Assembly (NCBI GenBank): GCA_051530055.1
Contig: CM121342.1
Location: forward strand, 15,205,480-15,269,479
Reading direction: 5' to 3'
Length of the DNA stretch: 64,000 nt
From: Neoechinorhynchus agilis
Taxonomy: Eukaryota > Animalia > Acanthocephala
The first letter of the stretch is position 1. Each line of letters starts with the position of its first letter. Below, in pieces: positions 63,778 through 64,000 of the stretch. The notes under the pieces are model-generated. The model saw only the letters and a program-made list of their open reading frames with translations, was not told the origin of the DNA and ran no database searches. The position numbers and the translations under genes are program-made.

Positions 63778-64000
63778 AGCGAGCAGGTCCCCATCAATGG
63801 TTGCAAACAATCGGTTTTGGACTCGCCACTGGTAGCGAGAATTCATAACTCTTGAAATTCAGATTCTCGTGACCTGGTTAACCGAACCCGATTGGCAACA
63901 GTCTCTACAAGACAATCGGGTGCTTCGCTCAATTCTATCCCGATCGCGTCTGGGGGTACCCTTCTCTCCAACGAGACAGTAAGGATTGCAGGGAACCTGA
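63778..64000 (+). mobile_element. CRE-like fragment (duplicate of 45685 onward)
   Basis: agcgagcaggtccccatcaatgg... continuing to the window end. Confidence 0.8.

Larger units (their letters stand above)
59902..64000. repeat. Segmental duplication 2, copy B (runs off the right edge)
   Basis: Offset 18093 from 41809-45907. Confidence 0.97.

Noticed and set aside
1-64000. tRNA, rRNA, snRNA/SL-RNA genes and telomeric repeats
   Set aside because: No cloverleaf, Pol III box pair, Sm-site context or telomeric tract was recognised by eye.

Overview
Eukaryotic (invertebrate-animal-like, 41-60 bp introns), heterochromatin-edge window. Bases 1-19659 are a tandem satellite with a 203-bp monomer made of three related 67/68/68-bp subunits; the ORFs listed there are repeat shadows. 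The array stops abruptly at the first of two tandem ~5-kb segmental duplicates (19660-24625 / 25815-30967). Each duplicate carries a gap-free 140-bp-arm fold-back, a spliced patatin/PNPLA2(ATGL)-like lipase gene and CRE-like (RLE) retrotransposon fragments. A 3'-truncated Rab7 fragment and a Penelope remnant lie between the copies. The rest is a nested graveyard of CR1/L2-like, I/Jockey-like, RTE, CRE-like, Penelope (with degenerate hammerhead motifs) and Ty3/Gypsy elements. It also holds a second segmental duplication (41809-45907 / 59902-64000), a 4-TM claudin/PMP22-like gene, and fragments of an unrecognised tandem gene family. Best leads: the long hairpin beside the satellite junction, a small stem-loop-terminated element inserted T|T without a target-site duplication, the diverging lipase duplicates, and a gene-derived pre-miRNA-like hairpin. 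All counts were made by eye; no database searches were run.
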